Below, in pieces: positions 28,251 to 38,337 of a DNA stretch of 64,000 nt. Position 1 is the first letter of the stretch. The number at the start of each line of letters is the position of its first letter. Under the pieces are notes generated by a model. That model worked only from the letters and a program-made list of their open reading frames with translations, searched no databases and was not told the origin of the DNA. The DNA comes from a candidate division WOR-3 bacterium (GTDB lineage: Bacteria > Hydrothermota > Hydrothermia > JBDRYB01): the NCBI GenBank assembly GCA_039803205.1, contig JBDRYB010000002.1, positions 64,001 through 128,000 on the forward strand, read 5' to 3'. The position numbers were made by a program, and so were the translations under genes.

Positions 28251-29519
28251 ATGCTTTGTGCCTTGAGGAAGCTCATTCTGGTCTTCGGGATAGCTATATG
28301 CTTCAAGGCCCTGGTTTCCGCTCCGGCTCTCCTCAACCCTCAAAGGGCCTATGGCATGGATACCAAGGGCTACATATCCATAGCCGAAAACCTCTTTCTG
28401 GGGCGCGGGTTCTCCTGGGACGATTCTCCGCCATACCACCAAAACATCGTGAGGACGCCCCCGTATCCCTTGGTTCTCTCCGTGCTATACTGCCCTTTTC
28501 GGGACGAGAGGCCTGTTCTCATCTTTCAAATCCTGCTCGGCGCTTTCCTCGCTACCCTCGTTTTCCTTCTGGGCCAGAGGGTCTCTGGAAACGGTCTTGT
28601 TGGGGGGCTTTTGGCCGCCTGCGACCCGTTTACAGCCCTCTTCGGTGCCATGCTTTACTCGGAAACCCTTTTTGCCGTGCTCCTGGCTCTTGGCGCGCTC
28701 CTGCTTTTCAGCCGGAGGAACACGCTAGCCGGGCTAATAATGGGACTCGCTTGCCTGACGAGGCCAGCTGGGATAGCGCTCGTGCTCGGAGGGATATATC
28801 CGGCCTGGAGAAAGGACTGGCGAGGCCTGCTGAACTTTCTCTGGGGATTTCTCGTTTTGCCCATCATGTGGGCGCTGAGAAACTACATGGTATCAGGGAT
28901 CTTCACCCTCTCATCCGTCTCTGATGTCAACATGTATGTCTTTCTCGGCCCCATGACAAAGGCAGAGGCTTTTGGGATAACATATCAGGAGGCCTGGGGA
29001 TCATCACGCTCAGACCTTTATCTCAAATATGACAAGGATCCGTGGCGAGCCGCGAACGATCCGGATTTCGTGCGTGAAGCAAGGGCAGAGGGACTCCGGG
29101 AGATAAAGGGACATCCATCAGCGTTCGTGAAAATATATCTGAAGGGGCTCCTCAAAGGCCTCGGCGGCCTTGATTTCAACCTTCCCTCGCATGTCCTCGC
29201 TGAGCCGCAGAAAACCCATGGTTCCCTCACGGCCGCAGTTTTTGCGCTTGTCCGTGGGGATCTCAGGGGGTTTTGGGAAGGGCTTATCCAAAGATTATCA
29301 GGAACCCATCCCATTGCTCTCGTCTACACAATATATTCCTGGATATTTTTGATATTACTGTATGTTCTTGTTGCCAGGGGGATCAGGATGAAGCCAGAGG
29401 AGATAACATGCCTCGCGATTAGCATTGGGCTGATCTTCGTCGCCGGTCCACTTGCCTCATTCAGGTTCAGGACCCCTGCGCACCCCCTGCTAGAGGGAAT
29501 ATCTAGGTGGAGGCACTAA
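28251..29519 (+). CDS. GT-C fold membrane glycosyltransferase (ArnT/PMT family 39-like)
   Basis: D-x-x-x-Y-x-x-IA-x-N, RTPPYP, SETLF, ACLTRP, WALRNY; start 28251 or 28263. Confidence 0.75.
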   Translation: MLCALRKLILVFGIAICFKALVSAPALLNPQRAYGMDTKGYISIAENLFLGRGFSWDDSPPYHQNIVRTPPYPLVLSVLYCPFRDERPVLIFQILLGAFLATLVFLLGQRVSGNGLVGGLLAACDPFTALFGAMLYSETLFAVLLALGALLLFSRRNTLAGLIMGLACLTRPAGIALVLGGIYPAWRKDWRGLLNFLWGFLVLPIMWALRNYMVSGIFTLSSVSDVNMYVFLGPMTKAEAFGITYQEAWGSSRSDLYLKYDKDPWRAANDPDFVREARAEGLREIKGHPSAFVKIYLKGLLKGLGGLDFNLPSHVLAEPQKTHGSLTAAVFALVRGDLRGFWEGLIQRLSGTHPIALVYTIYSWIFLILLYVLVARGIRMKPEEITCLAISIGLIFVAGPLASFRFRTPAHPLLEGISRWRH

Positions 29520-31063
29520 CCTTGAGGAAGAACCTGCCCGCAATCATCACCTTCGTGCTCTCGGCCGTCATCGGTATTACCCTCTCTGTGATGGGCTCTC
29601 TCCGTTATCAGGCTGGGAACGCTGGCTTCTATGACCTCGGCATAATGGAGCAAATAGCCTGGAACCTTGGTTTTCGGTATGACCTTTCTTTTCTCGTTAA
29701 AGGACACCTGCGGCCTCTGTTTTTAATCATTGCCATTGTTTACCGCGCGTTTCCTCGTGCGGAGACCCTTATTGTAATAGGCTCTATCTCGGTTGCGGCA
29801 GGAGGCATCTCCTTCTATTTCCTCGGCAAAAGGGCGATCGGCCCCTGGGCTGGGTTTTTCCTTTCCGTTTTCTATCTGCTCCATCCGGGGACATGGTATC
29901 TCGCTCTTTTTGACTTCCATCCGGATGCCCTTTTTCCCCTTATTGTCAGCATAGCCCTAATCTTCCTTGAAGGGAAGAGGCCTTGGCCCTTCCTCGCTTT
30001 TTCGCTAAGCCCTCTTCTTCTCAAGGAAACCCTTGCTCTGCCGATCGCAGTGCTCGGAATCGTGGCTTTTATTAAGGGCCTCAAGAAGCAAGGGGCCATC
30101 ATTGCGGCTGTGGCTCTCGTCTGGTTCCTGATTGCCAGCTTCTGGCTTGTTCCAGCCTTCAATCCCCAAGGTCCATACACGAGGTTCTTTGGGCCTCCCT
30201 CGCTAAGCTGGGCAAAGGTGACATATTGGCTCTTTCTCATGTTGCCCTTGGGCTTACTGCCAATTCTGAGGCCCCTTGAACTCCTCCCAGGATTGGTCCA
30301 CTCAGGCCTCATTGTATTCGCGGCATTCCCCGGCTACTACGGGATTGAGACCCAGTATGCCGCGCAGTTCCTTCCCTTTGGGTTGTGGGCTACAGCCGTC
30401 CTTATGTCAAGGGTCAACTGGAGAAAAATAGCGCCATTAATCCTCGGGTTCTCCTTTCTTGGCCACGCGCTTTTCGCGCCAACGCCTTTCGGGATCGTGT
30501 TTTACAGGCCGGATAAACCGTTTAATCTCTGGATATATCAAGTAACCAAGAGGGACCAAGAGGTTACGAGGGCAATATCTGAGCGCGTTCCTCGCGATGT
30601 CTCCCTTTGCGCGCAGATAAACCTGATAACGGGCGGCGTTCCGCAGAGAGCGAGGCTCTGGCCCTTTCCAGAAGGGCTCGAGGAGGCTCAGTATGTCCTC
30701 CTGGACACGGCAACCGGAAGATGGGTTGGAATGAATAGGGACGAGGAGGGATACAGGTCCTGGGCAAGCAAGGTCCTGAGCGATCCCGCATGGGAGATAA
30801 TATATCAGGATGGGGAGGGGCTTTTTGTTCTGAGGAGGATAAGGTCAGAGCCGTCAAGGTTGAGCGAAACCCTGCGGGCGCGACACGGGCACGGGCAGTT
30901 TTCCCTTGAGCATCTCCTTTGCCTTATCCGACACCTCAAGAAGCCTCCTGCCCGCCTCAGAAGCGCTTATTCCAGCATCCTCTTCCCTCTCAAGATAAAC
31001 CAGGCACCTCGAGAAGGGCTTCGGGATCATGAACCGGTCCCAGGAACCGATCTCCCAGTATGA
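29507..31063 (+). CDS. DUF2079 family membrane protein (GT-C-like)
   Basis: YDLGIMEQIAWN, H-x-x-P, FDFHP, LLKE; the 3' end overlaps the convergent gene by 210 bp. Confidence 0.75.
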   Translation: MEALTLRKNLPAIITFVLSAVIGITLSVMGSLRYQAGNAGFYDLGIMEQIAWNLGFRYDLSFLVKGHLRPLFLIIAIVYRAFPRAETLIVIGSISVAAGGISFYFLGKRAIGPWAGFFLSVFYLLHPGTWYLALFDFHPDALFPLIVSIALIFLEGKRPWPFLAFSLSPLLLKETLALPIAVLGIVAFIKGLKKQGAIIAAVALVWFLIASFWLVPAFNPQGPYTRFFGPPSLSWAKVTYWLFLMLPLGLLPILRPLELLPGLVHSGLIVFAAFPGYYGIETQYAAQFLPFGLWATAVLMSRVNWRKIAPLILGFSFLGHALFAPTPFGIVFYRPDKPFNLWIYQVTKRDQEVTRAISERVPRDVSLCAQINLITGGVPQRARLWPFPEGLEEAQYVLLDTATGRWVGMNRDEEGYRSWASKVLSDPAWEIIYQDGEGLFVLRRIRSEPSRLSETLRARHGHGQFSLEHLLCLIRHLKKPPARLRSAYSSILFPLKINQAPREGLRDHEPVPGTDLPV

Positions 31064-31489
31064 GGAATAAGCAACCCCCACATAGAGAATGGGGGCCTTG
31101 AGTCCGGTCGCCAAGCGCCAAGCCCCCTCCTTGAACTCATACCGGGGGCCCCGTGGGCCATCTGGGGTTATCGCAACCGAGTTGCCCCGCCTTATTCCCT
31201 CAATTGCCGCACGAACCGCCTTGCCTCCTTCCCTTGTTGCTGAGCCCCGGGCCAGGCCAAACCCGAATATCCTGAGGACCCCCGCAACAAGCTCCCCATC
31301 CTTGTGGGTTGAGACGAGGACGACAACCCCCCTTCTCCTGTGGGTGAATATGAGGGGAAAAAGCCTGTTGTGCCAGAAGAGATAGACTACGGGATCGAAG
31401 AAAGCGTCTGCCCCACAGAAACGAACCCTAATCGTGCGGAGCCAAAGGTAATAAATGGGAGCTATAAGATAAGGAAGGATCCTTCTCAT
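30854..31489 (-). CDS. DUF374 / lysophospholipid acyltransferase family protein
   Basis: FWHNR, STHKDGE, RGS, ITPDGPRGP, SWDRFMIPKPFS. Confidence 0.88.
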   Translation of the reverse strand: MRRILPYLIAPIYYLWLRTIRVRFCGADAFFDPVVYLFWHNRLFPLIFTHRRRGVVVLVSTHKDGELVAGVLRIFGFGLARGSATREGGKAVRAAIEGIRRGNSVAITPDGPRGPRYEFKEGAWRLATGLKAPILYVGVAYSSYWEIGSWDRFMIPKPFSRCLVYLEREEDAGISASEAGRRLLEVSDKAKEMLKGKLPVPVSRPQGFAQP

Positions 31490-32541
31490 CTCTGAAAAAC
31501 GCTGAAAGGAACTGGGGTTATGGTAAGAATAAAAAGAACAAGTGAGAGAAGTCCGAGGAGGATGCGCTTGGGGTCAGGCGCTATGGCATCAACCAGGGTA
31601 GGAGGATGTTTTATCCCGAATATCAGGATCAGGAGGGCCCACCACCACCAGCCTGGCCAGAATATTCCCGCGACTATGAGAACTGCCCAGAAGGCCCACG
31701 CGAACGGCTTGTGCCACTTGCCCATCAACGCATACGCTATGTGGCCTCCATCCAGCTGGCCAACGGGGATTAGGTTCAGGGCAGTGACGAAGAAGCCTAT
31801 CCAGCCAGCAAAGGCAACAGGGTGCAGCATTACATCGTAGCCCTCCGGGGGCCTACCTATGGCTATGAGGCTGATTAACCTAAAAAGGAGGGAGTCCCCG
31901 AGAATAAGCGCGGCGCCCATGTCGCTCTTTGGAACAAAAGAGGAGAGCTTGAGGCCGATGAATGTAAGGGGCAGGGCCGCAATGAGGCCCGCTATTGGGC
32001 CCGCTGAGCCGATGTCAAGGAGTGCCTTACGGGTTGGTATTGGGCTCTTTATCCTTATGACAGCGCCCATGGTCCCGATTATGGTAGGGAATGGAATAAA
32101 ATACGGCAGGGTTGCCTCAACCCCGTGGAGGCGTGAAGCTATATAATGGCCCATCTCGTGGATGAGCAATATGCCCATTATGGACAAGGAAAACGGCAGA
32201 CCCTTCCAGATCATCCAGGGCTCCTGTAGGATTTTAACCTGCTCATACATGGCCCCAACAGCTAAGGTTGTGAGCAGAGTGAGAACAAAAAGAGCGATGT
32301 TTATCCAAACCCGGGTGCCTTTCGTTTTAACCCTCGGGAGGAGAATAGCCCTTACGGTCCCGTCCTCCTTCTGGTTTATGTGGAGGTAGAAACCCCGGTG
32401 GTTTGCTTCCACGACGAACATCTCAGCGTTTTCCTTCTGAGGCGGCCTCATATAACCCTCAAAGATGAGCATACCATCCGGAAGGGCCTCCTTGTAAATG
32501 ATCTCCATGAACCTACCAACGAGGGTTTCTATCTCTTCCAT
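31486..32541 (-). CDS. Site-2 protease family (M50) membrane metalloprotease
   Basis: HEMGH, PYFIP, AGPIAG, NLIPVGQLDGGH. Confidence 0.92.
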   Translation of the reverse strand: MEEIETLVGRFMEIIYKEALPDGMLIFEGYMRPPQKENAEMFVVEANHRGFYLHINQKEDGTVRAILLPRVKTKGTRVWINIALFVLTLLTTLAVGAMYEQVKILQEPWMIWKGLPFSLSIMGILLIHEMGHYIASRLHGVEATLPYFIPFPTIIGTMGAVIRIKSPIPTRKALLDIGSAGPIAGLIAALPLTFIGLKLSSFVPKSDMGAALILGDSLLFRLISLIAIGRPPEGYDVMLHPVAFAGWIGFFVTALNLIPVGQLDGGHIAYALMGKWHKPFAWAFWAVLIVAGIFWPGWWWWALLILIFGIKHPPTLVDAIAPDPKRILLGLLSLVLFILTITPVPFSVFQR

Positions 32542-33278
32542 ATGACCTCAACTATGTCCCCAACAGAAAGCCCAAGAGCCGCGGAGGCATCCCCTTCCCT
32601 AACAGATAACTCGAGAAATCCGCCTGAGCCTATCAGGGCTAGTGGCTGGCCCCTCTCAGCATCCCCGTATGTCCTCGCAGGGTGAATCTCCACTCCACCA
32701 GCGAGAACGACAAAGCCCTTACCCTCAACCATGCTGGCTGGCACATCGGTTATCAGGTTCCCGAACCTGTCCCTCATTATCACCCTTCCCCTTATTCCCC
32801 CCTCTGTCTCCCTGGGCGACAGGAAAGCGCAATGGAGAGGTGAAGGGCATGGGTGGCCGAGATTTTCGGGTTTCTCTCCCAAGGCAAGCGCCCGGGCCGC
32901 TGGAGCAAAGACATCCCTCGCGTGGAATGTAGGGGAGGCAGTAGGGGGGACCGGGATCTCAAAAGCCCGGAAATTCTCATCCATGAATGGAGATAGTATC
33001 CCATTATCCGGAGCCACGAAAAAATAATCGTGCCACGACGCGACAAGGGCCTTTCTGGATGTTCCAACCCCCGGATCAACGACAGCTAGAAAGACCGAAC
33101 CAGCCGGAAAATACCTCCAGGATGTAAAAAGCACATAAGCACCAGCCCTTATGTCCTCAGGGGGAATCTCGTGGCACAGGTCTATGACGGGAATACCCGA
33201 GAGCACGCCCTTTACCTGACCAACGTACGCGCTGGCGGGCCCGAAATCCGAGAGGAAGACCACAAACCTGTCTGACAC
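32529..33278 (-). CDS. SAM hydrolase / SAM-dependent halogenase family (DUF62)
   Basis: SDFG, VVDPGVGT, APDNG, TFHARDVF, DRFGNLIT; GTG 33278 is 6 nt after TATAAT (alternative ATG 33284). Confidence 0.9.
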   Translation of the reverse strand: MSDRFVVFLSDFGPASAYVGQVKGVLSGIPVIDLCHEIPPEDIRAGAYVLFTSWRYFPAGSVFLAVVDPGVGTSRKALVASWHDYFFVAPDNGILSPFMDENFRAFEIPVPPTASPTFHARDVFAPAARALALGEKPENLGHPCPSPLHCAFLSPRETEGGIRGRVIMRDRFGNLITDVPASMVEGKGFVVLAGGVEIHPARTYGDAERGQPLALIGSGGFLELSVREGDASAALGLSVGDIVEVIWKR

Positions 33279-33443
33279 ACTCATATTATAAGGCACGCGA
33301 GGAAGGCTACGTCAACCACGGATTTTAGGGAGGCGGTCTATGACCTCTGGCCATGCAGAAACATCCCGGGGGGTTGGGGCTAGCCATTTTGTTAACCAGG
33401 CACCAGGCCTTTGACTTGCATTATAATATTCCCCGGAGGAAAG

Positions 33444-34412
33444 ATGTTGGGAATTTTTGTGATTGTCCTTTCGTCCCAGAAGGACACCCTAATAGACCTC
33501 GGTGAGGCCCAGAGGCGAGCCGGCGCGATAATGGCCGCAGCGGCTTTCGGTAAGACCAAGGGCGGGATCTACGCTGATGCGTCGGCCGAGTTGGAGCCCA
33601 TAGCGGCAAGGCTCTCTTCCTTGGGAAAACACGACGGCAAGGGGGGATTTACCTTCACTGATCCTGACTCAGCCGAAAAGGCCGCTCTCTATGTGAAGGG
33701 TGTTGAAGCCACAACAGGGGTGAATAGGTGCTTTAGCATCCTGAGCAAACAGATAGTCATATACCGCGCCCCAATCCAGGAGGCATACAGACCGGAGACC
33801 GAGGTAAAGATAGGAACAGCTACTCAGCTCTGGGTTGAGAACCCTGAGGAATACAGGTATTTCAAGACCCTAGCGGATGCTTATGGGATAAAGTGGGGCG
33901 TGGACGAAAAGAGGGTTCGCCGGGGAGGCAAACCCCTGCCCGGGGACATGGTAGAGAAATGCAAGCTGGTGATGGAGCTCTGGGATGCCTACAGCAAGAT
34001 AGAAACCACGAACGACACTTCCATGGTCATGGTCTATAAGAAGGACATAAAGTCAAAGGCAGAGGTCAACTTCAGCAAATCAGCGGAGCTCTTCAAGGGT
34101 TTTCTGCTCTCTGATAGCGTTTTCCAGATATACAACATATACGCTGAGGAATCACCCATGAAGGCAAAAATAGGGGCCGAGATTACGGATCTCAGGGGGA
34201 GGGTTGATTTCTTCACGAGGTATCTAACCGAAGGCAGCTATCTCTTCCAGGAGGCAAGGCGGGAGCTGGTCACCGGACCCGACGGGACCCAAGCGATAAA
34301 AGAGACCCCGGAGAAGCGGGGAACCAGGTGGGACTTTATAAAGTGGTTCCTGCCGGATCTGGTGGATGTGACCCAGAGAACCCTGAGGGCTTTTGGAAAG
34401 ACACTGAAATGA
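33444..34412 (+). CDS. Uncharacterised exported protein, paralog 1
   Basis: GGAGG SD, short hydrophobic N-terminus; aligns along its length with the next gene. Confidence 0.8.
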   Translation: MLGIFVIVLSSQKDTLIDLGEAQRRAGAIMAAAAFGKTKGGIYADASAELEPIAARLSSLGKHDGKGGFTFTDPDSAEKAALYVKGVEATTGVNRCFSILSKQIVIYRAPIQEAYRPETEVKIGTATQLWVENPEEYRYFKTLADAYGIKWGVDEKRVRRGGKPLPGDMVEKCKLVMELWDAYSKIETTNDTSMVMVYKKDIKSKAEVNFSKSAELFKGFLLSDSVFQIYNIYAEESPMKAKIGAEITDLRGRVDFFTRYLTEGSYLFQEARRELVTGPDGTQAIKETPEKRGTRWDFIKWFLPDLVDVTQRTLRAFGKTLK

Positions 34413-35359
34413 TCACCCTAGCTTTGGTTTTATTCGCTGGCGCAAAGGACACCATTCCCCTCGCTGACATGCAACGCGCGGCCGGTGCCCTCGCTGGAGC
34501 CAACAAGGCCTGCCTGAAGCTGGGCGAACCATACGCTCGTTTGGCCGAGAGGTATCTTGATAGGCACACGGTCACCCTTGCCAATTGGGGGAAATACGAC
34601 TCCATATCAGGAATGTATTCCTTCACTACCACTGGAACAGCCAAAGCCGCGAAGGAATATATGGAGAGAGCCGCTGTCAAAACCGATGTATACAACTTCT
34701 TCAACGAGCTATCCCTAGCGCAGAGGGTTCTGGGTGAGATACCCCTGATCTCAGGCGGAGCAATAAAGGTCAAGGTTGCCGTGCACTGGCACCTGGCAAA
34801 GGAGAATCCCCAGGCATACGGCCTCATAAAGACCCTAGCGGAGATATACGGGGTCAGCTGGCCACCACCGCCAGGCCCAGCAACTGTCATGCCAGCCGAT
34901 TACCTGACCAGGGTTATGACGGTCAAGGACTGGGTTCTCGCTGTTGATGCCATTCCTTTTGACCCCATGGACACGGTCTATGTGAGCGTTCTTACTGGGG
35001 ATTTCAAAGCAAGGGTAAAGACGGGGTTCTCTGTGGGATGCGAGCTGCTGTTCTCATATTTCTCCGCGGATTCCCTTTACAGGGCATACGCCAATGACTC
35101 CCCCTATCCTATAATGGCAGGCGTCATGATGGATTCCCTCTCATCCGAGGCCCTGAAATTCAAGGAATACCTGACCGTGGCCAAATATGTCTTTGAGCCG
35201 GCCGTTGACACCATGATAACGAATCCGGACGGAACCCAGACATGGGTAAGACACCCTGAGAAGAAGGGAACAATGTGGGAGTTTATCTCAACATACCATC
35301 CGGACATAGCGCCTAGGACATCAGCCGCCATGAAGGCTTTGGGGGTGACGGTCCCTTAA
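34409..35359 (+). CDS. Uncharacterised exported protein, paralog 2
   Basis: ATGA overlap with paralog 1; shared QRxAGA, ENP, KTLAxxYG, PDGTQ, PEKxGTxW motifs. Confidence 0.8.
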   Translation: MITLALVLFAGAKDTIPLADMQRAAGALAGANKACLKLGEPYARLAERYLDRHTVTLANWGKYDSISGMYSFTTTGTAKAAKEYMERAAVKTDVYNFFNELSLAQRVLGEIPLISGGAIKVKVAVHWHLAKENPQAYGLIKTLAEIYGVSWPPPPGPATVMPADYLTRVMTVKDWVLAVDAIPFDPMDTVYVSVLTGDFKARVKTGFSVGCELLFSYFSADSLYRAYANDSPYPIMAGVMMDSLSSEALKFKEYLTVAKYVFEPAVDTMITNPDGTQTWVRHPEKKGTMWEFISTYHPDIAPRTSAAMKALGVTVP

Positions 35360-35824
35360 TGAGAATAAGGGAGGCCGGGCCTAAGGATGTTAAGGGGATA
35401 GTCAGCGTCCATATCTCCAACGCCTCTGTCTGGTATAATTCAAAAGGTAAGCCGACCAAAAGATCATACAAGTTCCTTAGTCCTTATGAAAGGCGGCTCT
35501 CTGGTGGGCCATGGATGGATGAGGGATTGTGCGAGAAGCACCTAAAAAATCTTATCGCTGTGGGAGGGATTGCTCTGGTAGCCGAGAAAACAGGAAAAAT
35601 AATCGGCGAGGCCGAGATTATTCCCTCAGCAGAAAGAGAAGGAAACGCTTTACATATCTCTATTCTCTATGTCCACAAAGACTGCCGAGGCAAGGGAGTT
35701 GCTAGAAGGCTCCTGGAAGCAATTTCGGAAAGGGCACAAGCAAATGAGCAGGATATCCCCGTATGGTTCTGGACCCGGCATCACGATGATTGGGCCACAC
35801 ATTATCTACGGCAAGGTGGCATAA
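35359..35824 (+). pseudogene. GNAT acetyltransferase, probably truncated/frameshifted
   Basis: IREA...DV, LYVHKDCRGKGVARRLL (motif A). After ~35740 the frame reads through the next gene's -10 box and start, while another frame stops at 35822-24. Confidence 0.55.
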
Positions 35825-35852
35825 GCTCGCCTCATGAGTTTATAATTTATCC

Positions 35853-36635
35853 GTGGCACTCAAGGACGATCTCGCGGCCCTATCAGCTGATAGCACCTCC
35901 GGCGCGGCAGAGCTGTTGCAGAAAGCCGCGACCATTGCCCTGAGATACGCTGGTTCTGTTCCCGCTGAGGAGATAGCAGATGGGCTTCTTGCCGCGAGGC
36001 CGGACATGGCCTCTGTCATAAACCTGGCACTTGAGCTCAGACGCCACAGCTCAACCTCGGATGCCGAGGAGATAACCATGGCTTTTCTCCACGAGCACAG
36101 GAAGTTTTTCGCCAGAACGGTGAACGAGACAGCCAAGCTCTTGGACCACGGGGCAAGGGTTTTGACCTATTCTCGGTCAAGCACGGTCCTGGCCGCGTTT
36201 CTTGAGGCAAGGTCAAAAGGAAAATCCTTTGTTGTTTATCTCACAGAAGGGAGGCCCGGAATGGAGGGGGTCAGCCTCGCGAGGGAGCTATCGGATGTGG
36301 GGATACCCGTTGTCCTCGGAACGGATTCGGCGGTGGCGGGTTTTGTTGCTGAGTGCAACATGATAGTCGTTGGAGCGGACGCGGTTGGGCCCGAACGCTT
36401 TTACAACAAGACAGGAACCCTTGGTCTCGCGCTCATATCAAGGGCTATGGACAAACCATTCTACCTATCCGTGAGCCGGGACAAACTGCTGACCCACGAG
36501 GGGATGTCGTATTACAGGGTCAGGGAGATGCCGGGGGAAGAGATAGTATCCCCAGTGCCAGAGGGGGTGAGGGTGATCAACCGATACTTTGAGGCCGTTC
36601 CCGTTGAGCTGGTGACGAAGATGGTTGGGATATAG
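35853..36635 (+). CDS. eIF-2B alpha/beta/delta family protein (R15P/MTR-1-P isomerase-like)
   Basis: SGA, RPDMA, LTYSRSSTV, EGRPGMEG, VGADAV, NKTGT, NRYFE. Confidence 0.85.
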   Translation: MALKDDLAALSADSTSGAAELLQKAATIALRYAGSVPAEEIADGLLAARPDMASVINLALELRRHSSTSDAEEITMAFLHEHRKFFARTVNETAKLLDHGARVLTYSRSSTVLAAFLEARSKGKSFVVYLTEGRPGMEGVSLARELSDVGIPVVLGTDSAVAGFVAECNMIVVGADAVGPERFYNKTGTLGLALISRAMDKPFYLSVSRDKLLTHEGMSYYRVREMPGEEIVSPVPEGVRVINRYFEAVPVELVTKMVGI

Positions 36636-36670
36636 GGATAACTGCGATCGTTCTCTCTCGTTCTTTGCCC

Positions 36671-38218
36671 TTACCGGACCACCGGCAAAACGCAGGAGGC
36701 TACTCCCTGTTTGTGCTCAAAGACAGCTATGTATATTCCCACGGAAAGCCCCTCTGGCCTGAAGGCATATTTCCCAGGCTCCAGCGTTCCTGAAAAGAGC
36801 ACAGACATGCGCCTACCGCCTGTGTCATATATGGAAAGGGAACCCTCGGTTCTTCTGGATATAGAGAGGATTATCCCATCCGGCCCAAATACTATGGCGG
36901 GGCCAGCAAAACCTGGGATGCCGTAGTCCTCGTATGCAAGAAGCCCGCACCCGGAGGCGCCGTCCGTGTCATCAAGGAGAAAAGCCGCATCCACTCCGTT
37001 CGTTGTGCCAACTAGGAGTTCCGCACAGCCATCACCATCAACATCAGCATTTGATGGGTCATGGATGTCCCCGGAACTCAGATTGACGCTCCAAAGGAGG
37101 GTTCCGTCGGATCTCAGACACCAAAGGGGGTGTGGGTTCACGCCCGGGGCGGGAACGAGTATTTCCACCAGGTTGTCGCCATTTACATCACCGAGCGATG
37201 GAGACCTATGAACCCCGCATCCGCCCGGAACGGGCCATCTCCACTCAACCGCCCCCGTGATGCCGTTAAGGCAGAAAACCGAATCCCCAGGGTTATCGGT
37301 TCCGGCAACTATCTCAACAACTCCGTCCCCGTCTATGTCAGCCGAGGCTGTCCCGGCAGGCTGTGAGGGGTATGAGGCGCCTATGTATGTGTTCCAGAGG
37401 GTTATTCCATTTCTGTCCACGCAATAGACCCTACCCGCGTCAGAGTGGTGTATGACATCAAGGTGGCCATCGCCGTTCGCGTCTATTATGGTTGGCATGG
37501 AATAGTGTCCACCGGCCGCGGGATTCGTCCATAAAACAGAACCGTCCTCACCGTTCAAGAGAAAGAGAGCTGAGGTTGATGATATTGCTATCTCCCATCT
37601 GCCATCCTCATCAACATCCGCTATAGCGGGAGCCACATCACAATCCCCTTGGAGCCAGAGCGCGCGTTCCGTCGCACCGGTGGCCGCGTTCAGCCAGTAG
37701 AGGGTATCGTTGGCAGAACCAACTATGACCTCAAGATTGCCATCCTGATCTATGTCAATGATCTTAGGGGAGGGATACCCACTTATCACTGTGGAGGGCC
37801 TTGACCAGAGAACAGATCCGTTCAGGCCAGAAAGGGCCTCTATTCCGCCGGTGAACTGATGAGTGATCACTATGTCCAGCGTTCCATCCGCGTTCAGATC
37901 CTCTAAGGCTGGTTGTCCCAATATATGCGCGCCACCGGTGGAAACGAGCCACTGAGCTAAGCCAGAAATCCCGTCAACCAGAGCGACCTGGCCCGTCCCG
38001 TAGCTCGCTACAACAACCTCCAACTGCGGGTCAGCGTCAAACTGCGCTACCGAGAGAGCATTCTCCGGAAAGCTCGCGCCGCCGTATGTCCAGACTATGT
38101 CAGGGGGAGCACTCATGCTTCCCCTGAGCGGGGAGAAGTGGGTGTTCGCCAGGTCACGGCCATACATGGGCCACCAGGCAGGGTTCTGGGAAGCTACTAA
38201 GAGCATCGCACAAAACAT
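36671..38218 (-). CDS. FG-GAP repeat secreted protein with C-terminal T9SS/FlgD-like domain
   Basis: WPMYGRD...TH start, DxDGDG repeats, C-terminus IYDTGGRR...GIYIAVF...VVR. Confidence 0.85.
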   Translation of the reverse strand: MFCAMLLVASQNPAWWPMYGRDLANTHFSPLRGSMSAPPDIVWTYGGASFPENALSVAQFDADPQLEVVVASYGTGQVALVDGISGLAQWLVSTGGAHILGQPALEDLNADGTLDIVITHQFTGGIEALSGLNGSVLWSRPSTVISGYPSPKIIDIDQDGNLEVIVGSANDTLYWLNAATGATERALWLQGDCDVAPAIADVDEDGRWEIAISSTSALFLLNGEDGSVLWTNPAAGGHYSMPTIIDANGDGHLDVIHHSDAGRVYCVDRNGITLWNTYIGASYPSQPAGTASADIDGDGVVEIVAGTDNPGDSVFCLNGITGAVEWRWPVPGGCGVHRSPSLGDVNGDNLVEILVPAPGVNPHPLWCLRSDGTLLWSVNLSSGDIHDPSNADVDGDGCAELLVGTTNGVDAAFLLDDTDGASGCGLLAYEDYGIPGFAGPAIVFGPDGIILSISRRTEGSLSIYDTGGRRMSVLFSGTLEPGKYAFRPEGLSVGIYIAVFEHKQGVASCVLPVVR

Positions 38219-38246
38219 TCCACACCTCCTCTTTGCTAGCGCGGAT

Positions 38247-38276
38247 ATTATAGTAGCTTTCCGTGGAGTAAGTCAA
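38247..38276 (-). promoter_or_regulatory. Sigma70-type promoter (leadered, GGAGG SD)
   Basis: Minus strand TTGACT, 18 bp spacer, TATAAT. Confidence 0.65.
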
Positions 38277-38337
38277 TAAGCTGGGTTCACCTGCGTGGTT
38301 TTTGTCCCCCTTTACGCGTTCGGTTTATAATCTGAGC

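Noticed and set aside
32529..33278. Fluorinase/chlorinase as a novel halogenation pathway
   Set aside because: The DUF62 family is widespread and mostly SAM hydrolases; no biosynthetic cluster context.
33300..33410. Possible MGMT/ogt-like remnant (DFREAVYDL...IPGG)
   Set aside because: Only a few residues of resemblance; could be chance.
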